Source: a virus (lineage: Duplodnaviria > Caudoviricetes). Taken from it: a DNA stretch of 26,058 bases. How positions within the stretch are numbered: position 1 is the stretch's first letter; each line of letters opens with the position of its first letter. The translations under genes and the position numbers were made by a program. Positions 8,298 through 16,191 of the stretch are shown one piece after another. Below the pieces are notes generated by a model that searched no databases, was not told where the DNA came from, and worked only from the letters and a program-made list of their open reading frames with translations. Location: positions 1 to 26,058 of IMG/VR virus record IMGVR_UViG_3300022178_000068. One strand, 5' to 3'.

Positions 8298-10204
8298 TAT
8301 CTTCTCCCGTCTGGTCTAATATCCAACCTCTGTACGCCAGACTGCCACGCTACACCAGAAGCCGTAGATTCTAACTTTAAAGATATTTGTCGTCCGCGTA
8401 TCCGCATGTTTATCTGCCCAGTGTATTCTTCCACAGGCGTAGTAACCGTACGTAAGACGTCTCCACTAGAGTTACCTCCTGTGCTAGCAGGGGTCTTACG
8501 CCCCGCCCCCGAGTTCTTCAGGGTGGATAACGACATGTTTATTGCCGCCCCATCTACAGTAGACCCATCGAAGGTTACGTCTGGCAACAGCCTACTGACA
8601 AAGGAAAACTTATCCCCATCGTCGATGTCAAACTGCGCGGAGGTTATGTAGGCGTTAATAGGATTTACCGTGGCTGTCTCCGCGTCGTCGTTACCTACTT
8701 CATGTTCTACCAACGTGTTGTTGTATGTAGCGGCGTACGGATGCCCCTGTAACCCTGAATCTAACCACGCGGTGCGCCCCATAGTACCGTAGTACCAAAT
8801 ATCTTCTTGGTAGTTATAGACTACGTACTTGTCGTTAGTGCTAGAGATGCTTGATGGGTAGAACCACCATACCTCATGGAATGCTTCGTTAGTACCAGAC
8901 GTAACTTGGTTGTATTGCGAGTCGTTAAAGTCGTTGAAGATAAACTTACGTAGGTCACAGCGTAACGGTTGTGTTGTACCATCGTACTTGTAAAACTTGT
9001 CTCTACCCATCCAATAAGCCACACCATTGGCGTAAGCAACAGAGGCTTTACTAGCAATAGAGGTGTTCTCTCCTACTAACTGTGCCGCCCACACTGCGGG
9101 TGCCCCTACGTACTGAAACGCGTACAAGGCGGAATCTGTCCATACTAATATTTCCTGTCTAGATTGAACAGCAGATACTATCTTACTTCCCTTAGACAGA
9201 GTTAGGCTACCGGCTTGGTTTGTAGCGGAGGGTGCCCAGTTAGTAGCGTCTTCTTGGTCTGACCAACGGATTAACATATCGTCTTGGTCTGCGCCTAGGT
9301 ATGGGTTACACCCAAAAGCAAAACAGAATCTACTAATGTCAGATACGACGATACCGTTCTGTATGGTAGGTACCCCCGCCGCGCCGGTTTCGGCGGACAA
9401 TAAAGTAGCTCTAGTAGTCAACGTGTCACTAGCATCCCACAGGTAGATGGCTCCACCTACAGGGCCAAAAATAAGGTCTTCACCGAAGTTAGATTGGCTC
9501 CACAAACGGATTTGCGAAATAGCGGACAGTACGGTTCCATCTTTGTGTCCCCAGTCTCCCTGTCCCCAAGTACCACCACCCCATCCAGAGGTAGGTACGT
9601 CAATAGCTGACCCGGTGTTGAGCTGGTATGCAGCAGTTACGCTAGAACCCCCGCCAGCACCGGCACTTGTAGCGTTAGTAGCGACAACGACAGTAAAAGA
9701 CTGCCCATTAGCGGCTACGGAAGTTATCTGGTGTTCTTTGTTTATGTCCGTTATAGGTATACCATTAAAGGCCGCAGGGTCTCCCGTCCCCGCTACACCC
9801 CCAATAGTAACGAAGTCATTTAGCTTGTATCCGCCGGTAGTATCCGCAATACTTATGACGTTTTCTGTGCCGCCAGTTGTATTAGTAGTAATAGGGTTAG
9901 CAGCAAGAGTAGCCTGTGCCTTACGTAGAGGTGTAATGTCGTTATACGCAGCACCACTTTCTAGATAGAACTTCAGGTGCGTGCCCACACCGAATATGTC
10001 CAGCCCTGCTAATGTAGACCAATTCCACAGAGAACGGCACACGCCTAAAAACGTGTTGCTAGATATAGCTTGCCAGCCGCCGATCTTCTCAGGGTTGCCT
10101 TGACGGAAACGTACCTTATCGGACTCCCACCAGCCACCTTCACTAGTGTACCGAGTATTCTCTCGGTTTACTCCGGGCTTAATTACTATCTTCTGTATGG
10201 TCAT
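8297..10204 (-). CDS. Tail tubular/nozzle-like (P22 gp10-like stabilisation) protein
   Basis: 635 aa. N-terminal KPGVNRENTRY...DKVRFRQG.PEKIGGW, beta-propeller-like IRWSDQED and EVWWFYPS blocks, and a C-terminal RIRGRQ...RLDIRPDGRR, typical of podovirus tail hubs. Confidence 0.7.
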   Translation of the reverse strand: MTIQKIVIKPGVNRENTRYTSEGGWWESDKVRFRQGNPEKIGGWQAISSNTFLGVCRSLWNWSTLAGLDIFGVGTHLKFYLESGAAYNDITPLRKAQATLAANPITTNTTGGTENVISIADTTGGYKLNDFVTIGGVAGTGDPAAFNGIPITDINKEHQITSVAANGQSFTVVVATNATSAGAGGGSSVTAAYQLNTGSAIDVPTSGWGGGTWGQGDWGHKDGTVLSAISQIRLWSQSNFGEDLIFGPVGGAIYLWDASDTLTTRATLLSAETGAAGVPTIQNGIVVSDISRFCFAFGCNPYLGADQDDMLIRWSDQEDATNWAPSATNQAGSLTLSKGSKIVSAVQSRQEILVWTDSALYAFQYVGAPAVWAAQLVGENTSIASKASVAYANGVAYWMGRDKFYKYDGTTQPLRCDLRKFIFNDFNDSQYNQVTSGTNEAFHEVWWFYPSSISSTNDKYVVYNYQEDIWYYGTMGRTAWLDSGLQGHPYAATYNNTLVEHEVGNDDAETATVNPINAYITSAQFDIDDGDKFSFVSRLLPDVTFDGSTVDGAAINMSLSTLKNSGAGRKTPASTGGNSSGDVLRTVTTPVEEYTGQINMRIRGRQISLKLESTASGVAWQSGVQRLDIRPDGRR

Positions 10205-10242
10205 GTCTAGTCTCTATTTAATAGGTTAGAAACGACAGGTGC

Positions 10243-10593
10243 TTAATAACACCACATCACTTCTTTACTGCATCGGATGTCAACGTGTACAAAACCTTTG
10301 GCTATGCCTATACCACCGAAGCCCAGTTCTAGAGCTTTCTTTACTATAAGGCGGCGTTGTTGGCCTCCAGATACTTTTATGTCTGCGGCGATACCTTGGG
10401 CATGTGTGCCCGGAGTCGCTTTGCGTTTCTCAATACTATGGAGAGGACTTCTGTACCCAGACGTAACTATAAAAGGAAACCCGCAGGCTTCTCGTAGATC
10501 ATCTAGTTGGTCAATGAAGTCAGGCTCCATATCGTTCTCGCCGGTCTCTTGGCAGTCAAAATCGCTTATCTTGAAGTACTTGTACCGGCTCAC
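10243..10593 (-). CDS. Endolysin, peptidase M15 family (Zn-dependent)
   Basis: Motifs SGYRS, HAQGIAADI and FVHVDIR. The likely start is GTG at 10593 overlapping the upstream TGA (GTGA), giving 116 aa rather than the track's 143 aa. Confidence 0.88.
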   Translation of the reverse strand: MSRYKYFKISDFDCQETGENDMEPDFIDQLDDLREACGFPFIVTSGYRSPLHSIEKRKATPGTHAQGIAADIKVSGGQQRRLIVKKALELGFGGIGIAKGFVHVDIRCSKEVMWCY

Positions 10594-10967
10594 TTGCGCA
10601 TTCCCATTATCTTGCTTGCCCCTCTTATACCAAAAGAGCTTGAGATAGCGATAAACAGTAGGTATTGATACCATTCTGGTAGACCTTCTAGTGCGGCAAA
10701 CCCTAATGTAACTCGGTCGATTATCGTAGTGTCATCAGCAATAATAGCGTAGCCCACCATAAACACGGGTATCGCTAACACAACCGTCCAGAACTCATCT
10801 TTCCAGCTTGTTGCCGAAGCATCAGCCATCTTCGATTCCCAGTCGGCATCGTTTTTGATGACTTCCATTTTGGCTTGGTGGACAGCCTGCTTTTCTTCAG
10901 ATTTGTTTTTAAAATAGCCTCCAACAAGTTTAGATACTGGAGCAATTAAGCTAGTCAGATTTAACAC
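10590..10967 (-). CDS. Holin-like membrane protein (3TM-holin type)
   Basis: SWKDEFWTVVLAIPVFMVGYAII and LPEWYQYLLFIAISSSFGIRG hydrophobic segments, basic C-terminus, directly upstream of the endolysin. Confidence 0.75.
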   Translation of the reverse strand: MLNLTSLIAPVSKLVGGYFKNKSEEKQAVHQAKMEVIKNDADWESKMADASATSWKDEFWTVVLAIPVFMVGYAIIADDTTIIDRVTLGFAALEGLPEWYQYLLFIAISSSFGIRGASKIMGMRK

Positions 10968-11124
10968 GGTTAGTAATCTCCCTAACGGTATCAGATTCCC
11001 ATATTCTTAACGCGAACCATAAGATACTGAAAATACCTGCTACGGGCGGAACCCACGCGGCAACTGTAAGTAGTGCTGTTGAGCCTGCTATCACGTCTAG
11101 TGCATCCTTAGTTTCTTCGACCAT
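10951..11124 (-). CDS. Small membrane protein (57 aa), candidate holin/antiholin; not in ORF track
   Basis: MVEETKDALDVIAGSTALLTVAAWVPPVAGIFSILWFALRIWESDTVREITNRVKSD*. ATG is 1 nt past the upstream stop, and the ORF overlaps the start of the next gene. Confidence 0.75.
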   Translation of the reverse strand: MVEETKDALDVIAGSTALLTVAAWVPPVAGIFSILWFALRIWESDTVREITNRVKSD

Positions 11125-11125
11125 T

Positions 11126-12034
11126 TTATTTCGCCACCCATCCAGTGTTGCCTGTGCCAGATTCTTTTACATATAAAGAAGTACTAGCTCCCCCATCAGA
11201 CCTCATATACAGAGACCCTACTACAGCAGTTTGGCTGCTTTCAGGAGTACCAGAACCAGAGTAAATAGATGGAGTACCTACTTTAATAGCCTTACCCGCA
11301 GGGAGATCAACACCTGTAGCACTAGTGGATATAGCCAGAGCGCCAGACCCATGTTTGAGGTCGATAGCGCCGTCTACGTCCATTACGAAGTTGTTTGCGC
11401 CACTAACAGTGCCCATCTCAATATCAATGGCCTTAATAAGTAGGTTTCCACTACCAGTTTCTTGGATGATGGAGTCACCAGAGGTAGCGTCGTGATAGAT
11501 TTGTAGGTCACTATCACCACCAAATATAGCTCTAGAAGTGTCACTAAAAGTAACGTCGTCGCCAGCGGATACCACGATGTCTTTACCCGAGGTGCTGTTA
11601 CCTGCGTCAAGTACGGTTTCTAGTGTGGTGGATGGGATTATTACGTTAGTGCCATCACATACTAGAAGGGCGGTGCCGCCGTTGGCTACACTGATACCAG
11701 TGCCCGATGGTGTTTTTAACGTAGCTGCTTGGCCTGAAGAGTTTTGCATAACGAATAGCTTAGAGTTTGCAGGACAAACAACTGTAGCCGCGCCGGTCAA
11801 GTTAGTACCAGTATCCGTCAAAGTAAGGATAGCCGCTCTAGACCCCGACTCTGCGCCCTCAACTATAGATAACGTGTGAGAGTTACCTGACCAAGTGTTT
11901 ATCACCTGTCGGCCCGCAATGGCTTCTTCCACCATTTTGGTAACTTTGTTATTTACTTCGTCACCCCAAGTGCCGTCTAGCTCCCCTTGTACAGGGAGTC
12001 CGAGCTTTAGGATTGTAGAATATGCTGTTGCCAT
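11126..12034 (-). CDS. Tail fibre-like protein
   Basis: 302 aa, G/S/T-rich. N-terminal GELDGTWGD attachment-like motif. The C-terminal GSLYMRSDGGASTSLYVKESGTGNTGWVAK block is of a kind seen at the ends of phage fibre/spike proteins. Confidence 0.7.
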   Translation of the reverse strand: MATAYSTILKLGLPVQGELDGTWGDEVNNKVTKMVEEAIAGRQVINTWSGNSHTLSIVEGAESGSRAAILTLTDTGTNLTGAATVVCPANSKLFVMQNSSGQAATLKTPSGTGISVANGGTALLVCDGTNVIIPSTTLETVLDAGNSTSGKDIVVSAGDDVTFSDTSRAIFGGDSDLQIYHDATSGDSIIQETGSGNLLIKAIDIEMGTVSGANNFVMDVDGAIDLKHGSGALAISTSATGVDLPAGKAIKVGTPSIYSGSGTPESSQTAVVGSLYMRSDGGASTSLYVKESGTGNTGWVAK

Positions 12035-12047
12035 TTTAGTATCTCGA

Positions 12048-12491
12048 TTAAGTTAGTCTAACTATAGCATTATTTATGTCGGCATTGGGGAACTTGACAG
12101 TAAACGTACCATTAGAAACTGTCTTAGGGCCACCAAAATCTAGTACTACAATAGCGTAGTTAGCGCCAGATCCTGCGATTACGATAGCTCCACTCGCAGT
12201 AAACGTAGCGCTAGTCCATACCGCATCCGCAAAGTCTGCCATAACAGTGCCAGTAGTAGCGTCCTTAGATGTCGTTAGTGCTATGCCCTTGCGGGCGTAG
12301 TTACCTGTGGCGGCAAGCTCTCCAACGGGACTATTAACGCTGGTTGTGGTTGGGCCTACATCGACACTGCCATCTATTAGCACTATGCTCCAGTTGCTAG
12401 AACTAGTCCAGTCAGGCCCGCTGGATAGTCCGTCTGGATTACCCAGTAAGAACTGTTTAGCCACATTTGTAATACATTGTGTAATAGCCAT
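12048..12491 (-). CDS. Putative virion structural protein
   Basis: 147 aa with DFADAVWTSATFTASGA and VLDFGGPKTVSNGTFTVKFP. Coupled within the tail module. Confidence 0.65.
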   Translation of the reverse strand: MAITQCITNVAKQFLLGNPDGLSSGPDWTSSSNWSIVLIDGSVDVGPTTTSVNSPVGELAATGNYARKGIALTTSKDATTGTVMADFADAVWTSATFTASGAIVIAGSGANYAIVVLDFGGPKTVSNGTFTVKFPNADINNAIVRLT

Positions 12492-13156
12492 TATTGCACC
12501 GGTACCCTTGTCTGCCCATTACGATAGGCGTCTTGTTTGTTTTTACCTTCTTGCTGTATTTTATACTCTGATAGACTCTGATTAAACATATTGTCGTAGT
12601 TAGCAATAATATCCTGCTCCGCTTTCATAAAGCGTGCGGCTTCTACCAAAGCACCGTTAAGTAGTACGTTAGAGAACTTACGTGATAACTGCGTTTCGTT
12701 AGTACTATCGTCAAACTGAGGGTTAGTTATACTAAGAGGCTGTTCGGCGTAGTGTATAGTAACCTGTACGCTGGTGCTGTTGAATACTGGCGCTACTGAT
12801 GCAATGGTTCCGGCGTCTGATATTGCGTAGTATTTTGCTAGTGCGCTTACCTCATTATCCCCGCTGGTAAACGGGTACGCTTCTCTGAGAAATGACTCGT
12901 CCTTCCTTATGAGGCTAATCGTGTTACTTGCCGGGTCACTAATAGATACATTATAGATGTACAAATAATCCGTCGGGAGGATAAAGAAATTCGCCCCCGC
13001 GCTCAGAGTTTTAGTCTCTTTCTTTCGCAAACCCGCCGAGTCTACCACCGCGTAAATTTTATTTTCTGTCTGTGTTATGAACAGGTCTAACTGAGCAGTT
13101 GTAAAAGTCTGCTCAGTGGTGTCTTGTATCGCGGCTACTAATTCATTATAAGTCAT
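12491..13156 (-). CDS. Putative head-tail adaptor/tail tubular protein
   Basis: 221 aa with MTYNELVAAIQD, LPTDYL and LLNGALVEAARFMK, a pattern typical of podovirus adaptor proteins. Confidence 0.6.
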   Translation of the reverse strand: MTYNELVAAIQDTTEQTFTTAQLDLFITQTENKIYAVVDSAGLRKKETKTLSAGANFFILPTDYLYIYNVSISDPASNTISLIRKDESFLREAYPFTSGDNEVSALAKYYAISDAGTIASVAPVFNSTSVQVTIHYAEQPLSITNPQFDDSTNETQLSRKFSNVLLNGALVEAARFMKAEQDIIANYDNMFNQSLSEYKIQQEGKNKQDAYRNGQTRVPVQ

Positions 13157-13506
13157 GTAATCTCTACCGTTACGTTCCCAAGCTCTAGTTTAAGTACTAG
13201 CAAGTTATTCAGTACACCAAAAGCAGTCCCACTAAAGCCCACAGGATTAAAGCCAGACTCCCGTAGTGCTCTGCTAGCATCCAACCCCTGATCGGGTCTA
13301 GGATTACGTAGCGCTTGTGGGTCGTGTACTGGAAACTCCCCTAGTCTGTTCTGGGGGTGATCCCCATTCCAACACGACGGACACGCTTTTATGTTCGTGT
13401 CTACGCCTTTTCTAACTAAACTTTTTAGTTCCGTTAGTTTATACCTAAAAGCGCATAGGTCACAGAACCCAAATGCTTTCTTACCTGCCGCAAACTTAGT
13501 CCCCAT
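13153..13506 (-). CDS. CxxC...CxxC zinc-ribbon-like phage protein
   Basis: CDLC...CPSC, then HPQ and DPQALRNPRPD. TAATG and ATGA overlaps on either side. Confidence 0.7.
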   Translation of the reverse strand: MGTKFAAGKKAFGFCDLCAFRYKLTELKSLVRKGVDTNIKACPSCWNGDHPQNRLGEFPVHDPQALRNPRPDQGLDASRALRESGFNPVGFSGTAFGVLNNLLVLKLELGNVTVEIT

Positions 13507-14192
13507 TACGGGTGCCCCATTCTAGGTACAAACCTAACTGACGCCTTCTCTCTATCTTCGTTAGCTGCCAGAGTAAATTGTTCGTCGTACGCAGCTTTCA
13601 GCATAGATAGTCTAGGCTCTAGCTCCGGCACCTTCATCGCTATATAGTACGCTAGTCCTGCCACAAGACAAGGGAAGAAGCGGAAGTTCATGTCCGCAGT
13701 AAATACCCCTGCCCCCGCATCTTGTATCCTACGCATACGGTAATAGTTTATGGAGTATCCAGCCTTATCGGGTACAGGCCACACTGTAGCTACAGGTTTC
13801 TCTGCTCCCCGGTTAATCATAAGTTGTATGGGTCTACCTTGTGACAACTTGTTTGGGATAGTCGCGTAAGTACTCACACTGATACGTGTTAGGCTAAGAT
13901 CGTTCTGAGTAGTCGCGTTCCCTGCATTGGTACGCAAGGTATGTTCTAGTAGGTCGATGGTATCGGCAGGGAGGTCTACAGTTGCGGTGCCGCTAGTTAG
14001 GGCTACTGTGCCTTCTTCGATAGTCCACATGTTGATACCGCGATTCTGCCACTCAATGGTAAGCAGATTCATAGAGCGACGAGCAGTACGTAGGTCGTAA
14101 CCAGAGCGCATCTCGCGTCCAGCTCTCTCCCACGCTTCTTCGGCGATCTCGGTAAAATCCATGTTAAATGCTGTAGTGCCTGATGTAGCCAT
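13506..14192 (-). CDS. Putative head-tail connector/tail tubular protein A-like
   Basis: 228 aa with EIAEEAWERAG, ARRSMNLLTIEWQNRGINMW, VWPVPD and LVAGLAYYIA. Lies at the start of the tail module. Confidence 0.6.
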   Translation of the reverse strand: MATSGTTAFNMDFTEIAEEAWERAGREMRSGYDLRTARRSMNLLTIEWQNRGINMWTIEEGTVALTSGTATVDLPADTIDLLEHTLRTNAGNATTQNDLSLTRISVSTYATIPNKLSQGRPIQLMINRGAEKPVATVWPVPDKAGYSINYYRMRRIQDAGAGVFTADMNFRFFPCLVAGLAYYIAMKVPELEPRLSMLKAAYDEQFTLAANEDREKASVRFVPRMGHP

Positions 14193-14362
14193 TACTTCTT
14201 ACCTTTCTTGGGGGCGTTTTTGTGAGCCTGAGTAAAGGTTTGTCCATCCTCTACTTTCTCTGCGATCTGCTTTAACACCTTAGGAGTGTGGTGTACAGAA
14301 TGTTTCTTCAGCGTCTTCGTTTCGCGTTTAGTCAACCCGCCTTCTTTATAGTACCTACGCAT
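14192..14362 (-). CDS. Small basic His-containing protein (56 aa); not in ORF track
   Basis: MRRYYKEGGLTKRETKTLKKHSVHHTPKVLKQIAEKVEDGQTFTQAHKNAPKKGKK*. TAATG overlaps at both ends fill the gap exactly. Confidence 0.85.
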   Translation of the reverse strand: MRRYYKEGGLTKRETKTLKKHSVHHTPKVLKQIAEKVEDGQTFTQAHKNAPKKGKK

Positions 14363-14661
14363 TACTTCCTCCGTTTGGCGGCTGACACTCTACGTGGCTT
14401 GCCTGCTGGTTGCCCTAACCGCTTCTTCTCGGCTATCTTACTCTTCTTCTCCGCACTAGACATCTCACCTGAGGTCTTTGGCGTCTTGGAAGACACACGC
14501 TTAGAAGGGCGGCAGTAAGGAGTACCCCTACCATCGCCTTTCTTTCTACCACAAGCCTTACCGGTCTTTACGTCTTTCCAATCTTCCTTGAACCAACGCT
14601 TTAGGGATGCACCCTTCTCGGTTTTGCGGACTTTGCCGCCCGACTTGTAGTCTTTACGCAT
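14362..14661 (-). CDS. Small basic protein with LKRWFKEDW...CGR...PYCRP motif
   Basis: 99 aa, K/R-rich, starts MRKDYKSGGKV, TAATG-coupled at both ends. Confidence 0.85.
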   Translation of the reverse strand: MRKDYKSGGKVRKTEKGASLKRWFKEDWKDVKTGKACGRKKGDGRGTPYCRPSKRVSSKTPKTSGEMSSAEKKSKIAEKKRLGQPAGKPRRVSAAKRRK

Positions 14662-14798
14662 TACTTACCCGCCTTCTTTTTACGGCACTTAGCGATAGCC
14701 CCAGACGCATACGCGGAAGGGAAGACCTTGTAGCTGGCCTTCACCTTCTTATAGCATGAGTCTTTTACGGTACCGCCTTTCTTGTAGTACCTACGCAT
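14661..14798 (-). CDS. Small basic protein (45 aa) with PSAYASG motif; not in ORF track
   Basis: MRRYYKKGGTVKDSCYKKVKASYKVFPSAYASGAIAKCRKKKAGK*. TAATG overlaps at both ends. Confidence 0.85.
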   Translation of the reverse strand: MRRYYKKGGTVKDSCYKKVKASYKVFPSAYASGAIAKCRKKKAGK

Positions 14799-15274
14799 TA
14801 GCGCATCTTACAGGCTTTACCACCACGGGCTTTGCCGTAACCACGAACCTTGCCGCCTTTCTTCATCTTAGGCATACCTGCGTTTGCTCCCATACCCATT
14901 TCGCCGCCCATAGCGCCAGCTTTTTTCTTACGCTCAGGTAGTTTCATCTTAGGCGGCAGATCTTTCTTAGGCGGTTTCTTAGGCATTGCTTTCTTCTTAG
15001 CCTTAGGATTCAATTTCTGTTCCTTTAGGTTTGCGATTGCCGCAGCAGCCTGTTCATCATCAAGCGGCATGTTGCCTTGCCCTTTCATAGGCATAACACC
15101 GCCACCTTCCTCATACGCTTGCATCTTTCCGCCTTTCATCATCTTAGGCATTTTCTTTTTGGCTTCTTCAGCCTCTGCCATACCTTCTTTCGTGTATGGG
15201 AATTTTTTACCAGCTACATTAGGCATCTTACCGCCCTCCAATTCTTTGGGTATTTGTGATCGTGAAATTGTCAC
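14798..15274 (-). CDS. Low-complexity K/M/G-rich protein with repeated xxGGx[MV] motifs
   Basis: 158 aa, GTG start abutting the upstream TAG. Contains LEGGKM, MKGGKM, EEGGGV and KKGGKV. Confidence 0.8.
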   Translation of the reverse strand: MTISRSQIPKELEGGKMPNVAGKKFPYTKEGMAEAEEAKKKMPKMMKGGKMQAYEEGGGVMPMKGQGNMPLDDEQAAAAIANLKEQKLNPKAKKKAMPKKPPKKDLPPKMKLPERKKKAGAMGGEMGMGANAGMPKMKKGGKVRGYGKARGGKACKMR

Positions 15275-15601
15275 CTAACACTTCCAACGCTTACGCGCCT
15301 GTCTTAATCTTGAGTTAGGGTCTTTTGCTGCTTTCGGGAACTTCTTCATCTGCCCTGCGGAACGTGCGCAGTAAGACTTACGTCTAGATGCGCGTTTTCC
15401 TTTAGGCTTATCTTCCGTTACAGCCGTTTTTAACTTGCTACCGGGGTTATTCTTTCGGTACTTCGCTACACCTTTAGCGGTCATGCCCGCACCGGATTTA
15501 GTAGGACGTTTGTCGCCGCTCTTCTGGCTCATCCCCTTCATACCGGTGCCGACCTTCCCACCTTTCGCTAGCTTATAACAAACTCCGAAATCATTACGCA
15601 T
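15275..15601 (-). CDS. Small basic protein (RRKSYCAR...DPNSR...WKC motif; resembles DUF6321-type phage proteins from memory)
   Basis: The probable start is ATG 15601 (MRNDFGVCYKLAKGGKV), 4 nt past the upstream stop, giving 108 aa. The longer track start overlaps the upstream gene. Confidence 0.8.
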   Translation of the reverse strand: MRNDFGVCYKLAKGGKVGTGMKGMSQKSGDKRPTKSGAGMTAKGVAKYRKNNPGSKLKTAVTEDKPKGKRASRRKSYCARSAGQMKKFPKAAKDPNSRLRQARKRWKC

Positions 15602-15605
15602 AGTG

Positions 15606-15887
15606 TTAGCTCCAGAAAAACGCCATGGCGGATATATTAGCCTTGTTCTGTACGTATACATCATTCTCAAATCGTATGCCATTGCCCGGAATGTTTACCG
15701 AATGTACGTCATCGGTAGTGAAGGTAATATCCAATAGATCCTCCCCCCCGTCACCGTCGGTCAACTTAATTCTGGGGGTACCACTACCGGCAGACTTAAC
15801 CATTAACTGCCGTAACCGCGCAGGGCCGGCGATAGCAATGCCACTTGTGGTTCTACGTACCGATGAAACATCTACTTTCTGAGTCAT
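15606..15887 (-). CDS. Small virion protein, paralog of 15898..16179
   Basis: 93 aa with GPARLRQ, SGTPR, TDGxGG, HSVNIP and GIxF shared with its neighbour. GGAG-type RBS upstream. Confidence 0.8.
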   Translation of the reverse strand: MTQKVDVSSVRRTTSGIAIAGPARLRQLMVKSAGSGTPRIKLTDGDGGEDLLDITFTTDDVHSVNIPGNGIRFENDVYVQNKANISAMAFFWS

Positions 15888-15897
15888 ATCACTCTCC

Positions 15898-16179
15898 CTA
15901 GGATAAAAATGTTGTTACGGCTTCGAGAGCAGTAAACGTAGAGATGTACACTCCGCCACGAAACAATATACCGTCTGCGGGGATGTTTACCGAGTGAGTA
16001 TCACTATTAGTAAGATCTAGGTCTAACAGAACAGCTCCTCCGTTACCATCTGTAAAGGTAAGTCTTGGGGTGCCAGAAGCAGAGGTGTTTATTTCCACCT
16101 GACGTAAGCGTGCTGGGCCTTCAAATACAACCCCCGTGGCGTTTTTACGTACAGTAAATACATCAGAGCTAGTGCTCAT
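15898..16179 (-). CDS. Small virion protein, paralog of 15606..15887
   Basis: 93 aa with the same motifs. AGGAG RBS upstream. Confidence 0.8.
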   Translation of the reverse strand: MSTSSDVFTVRKNATGVVFEGPARLRQVEINTSASGTPRLTFTDGNGGAVLLDLDLTNSDTHSVNIPADGILFRGGVYISTFTALEAVTTFLS

Positions 16180-16191
16180 GGCGTTCTCCTA

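Noticed and set aside
14337-14800. CRISPR mini-array interpretation of the 28-bp repeats
   Set aside because: The intervening segments are 109 and 271 bp of coding sequence, the repeats are in-frame gene starts, and there are no cas genes.
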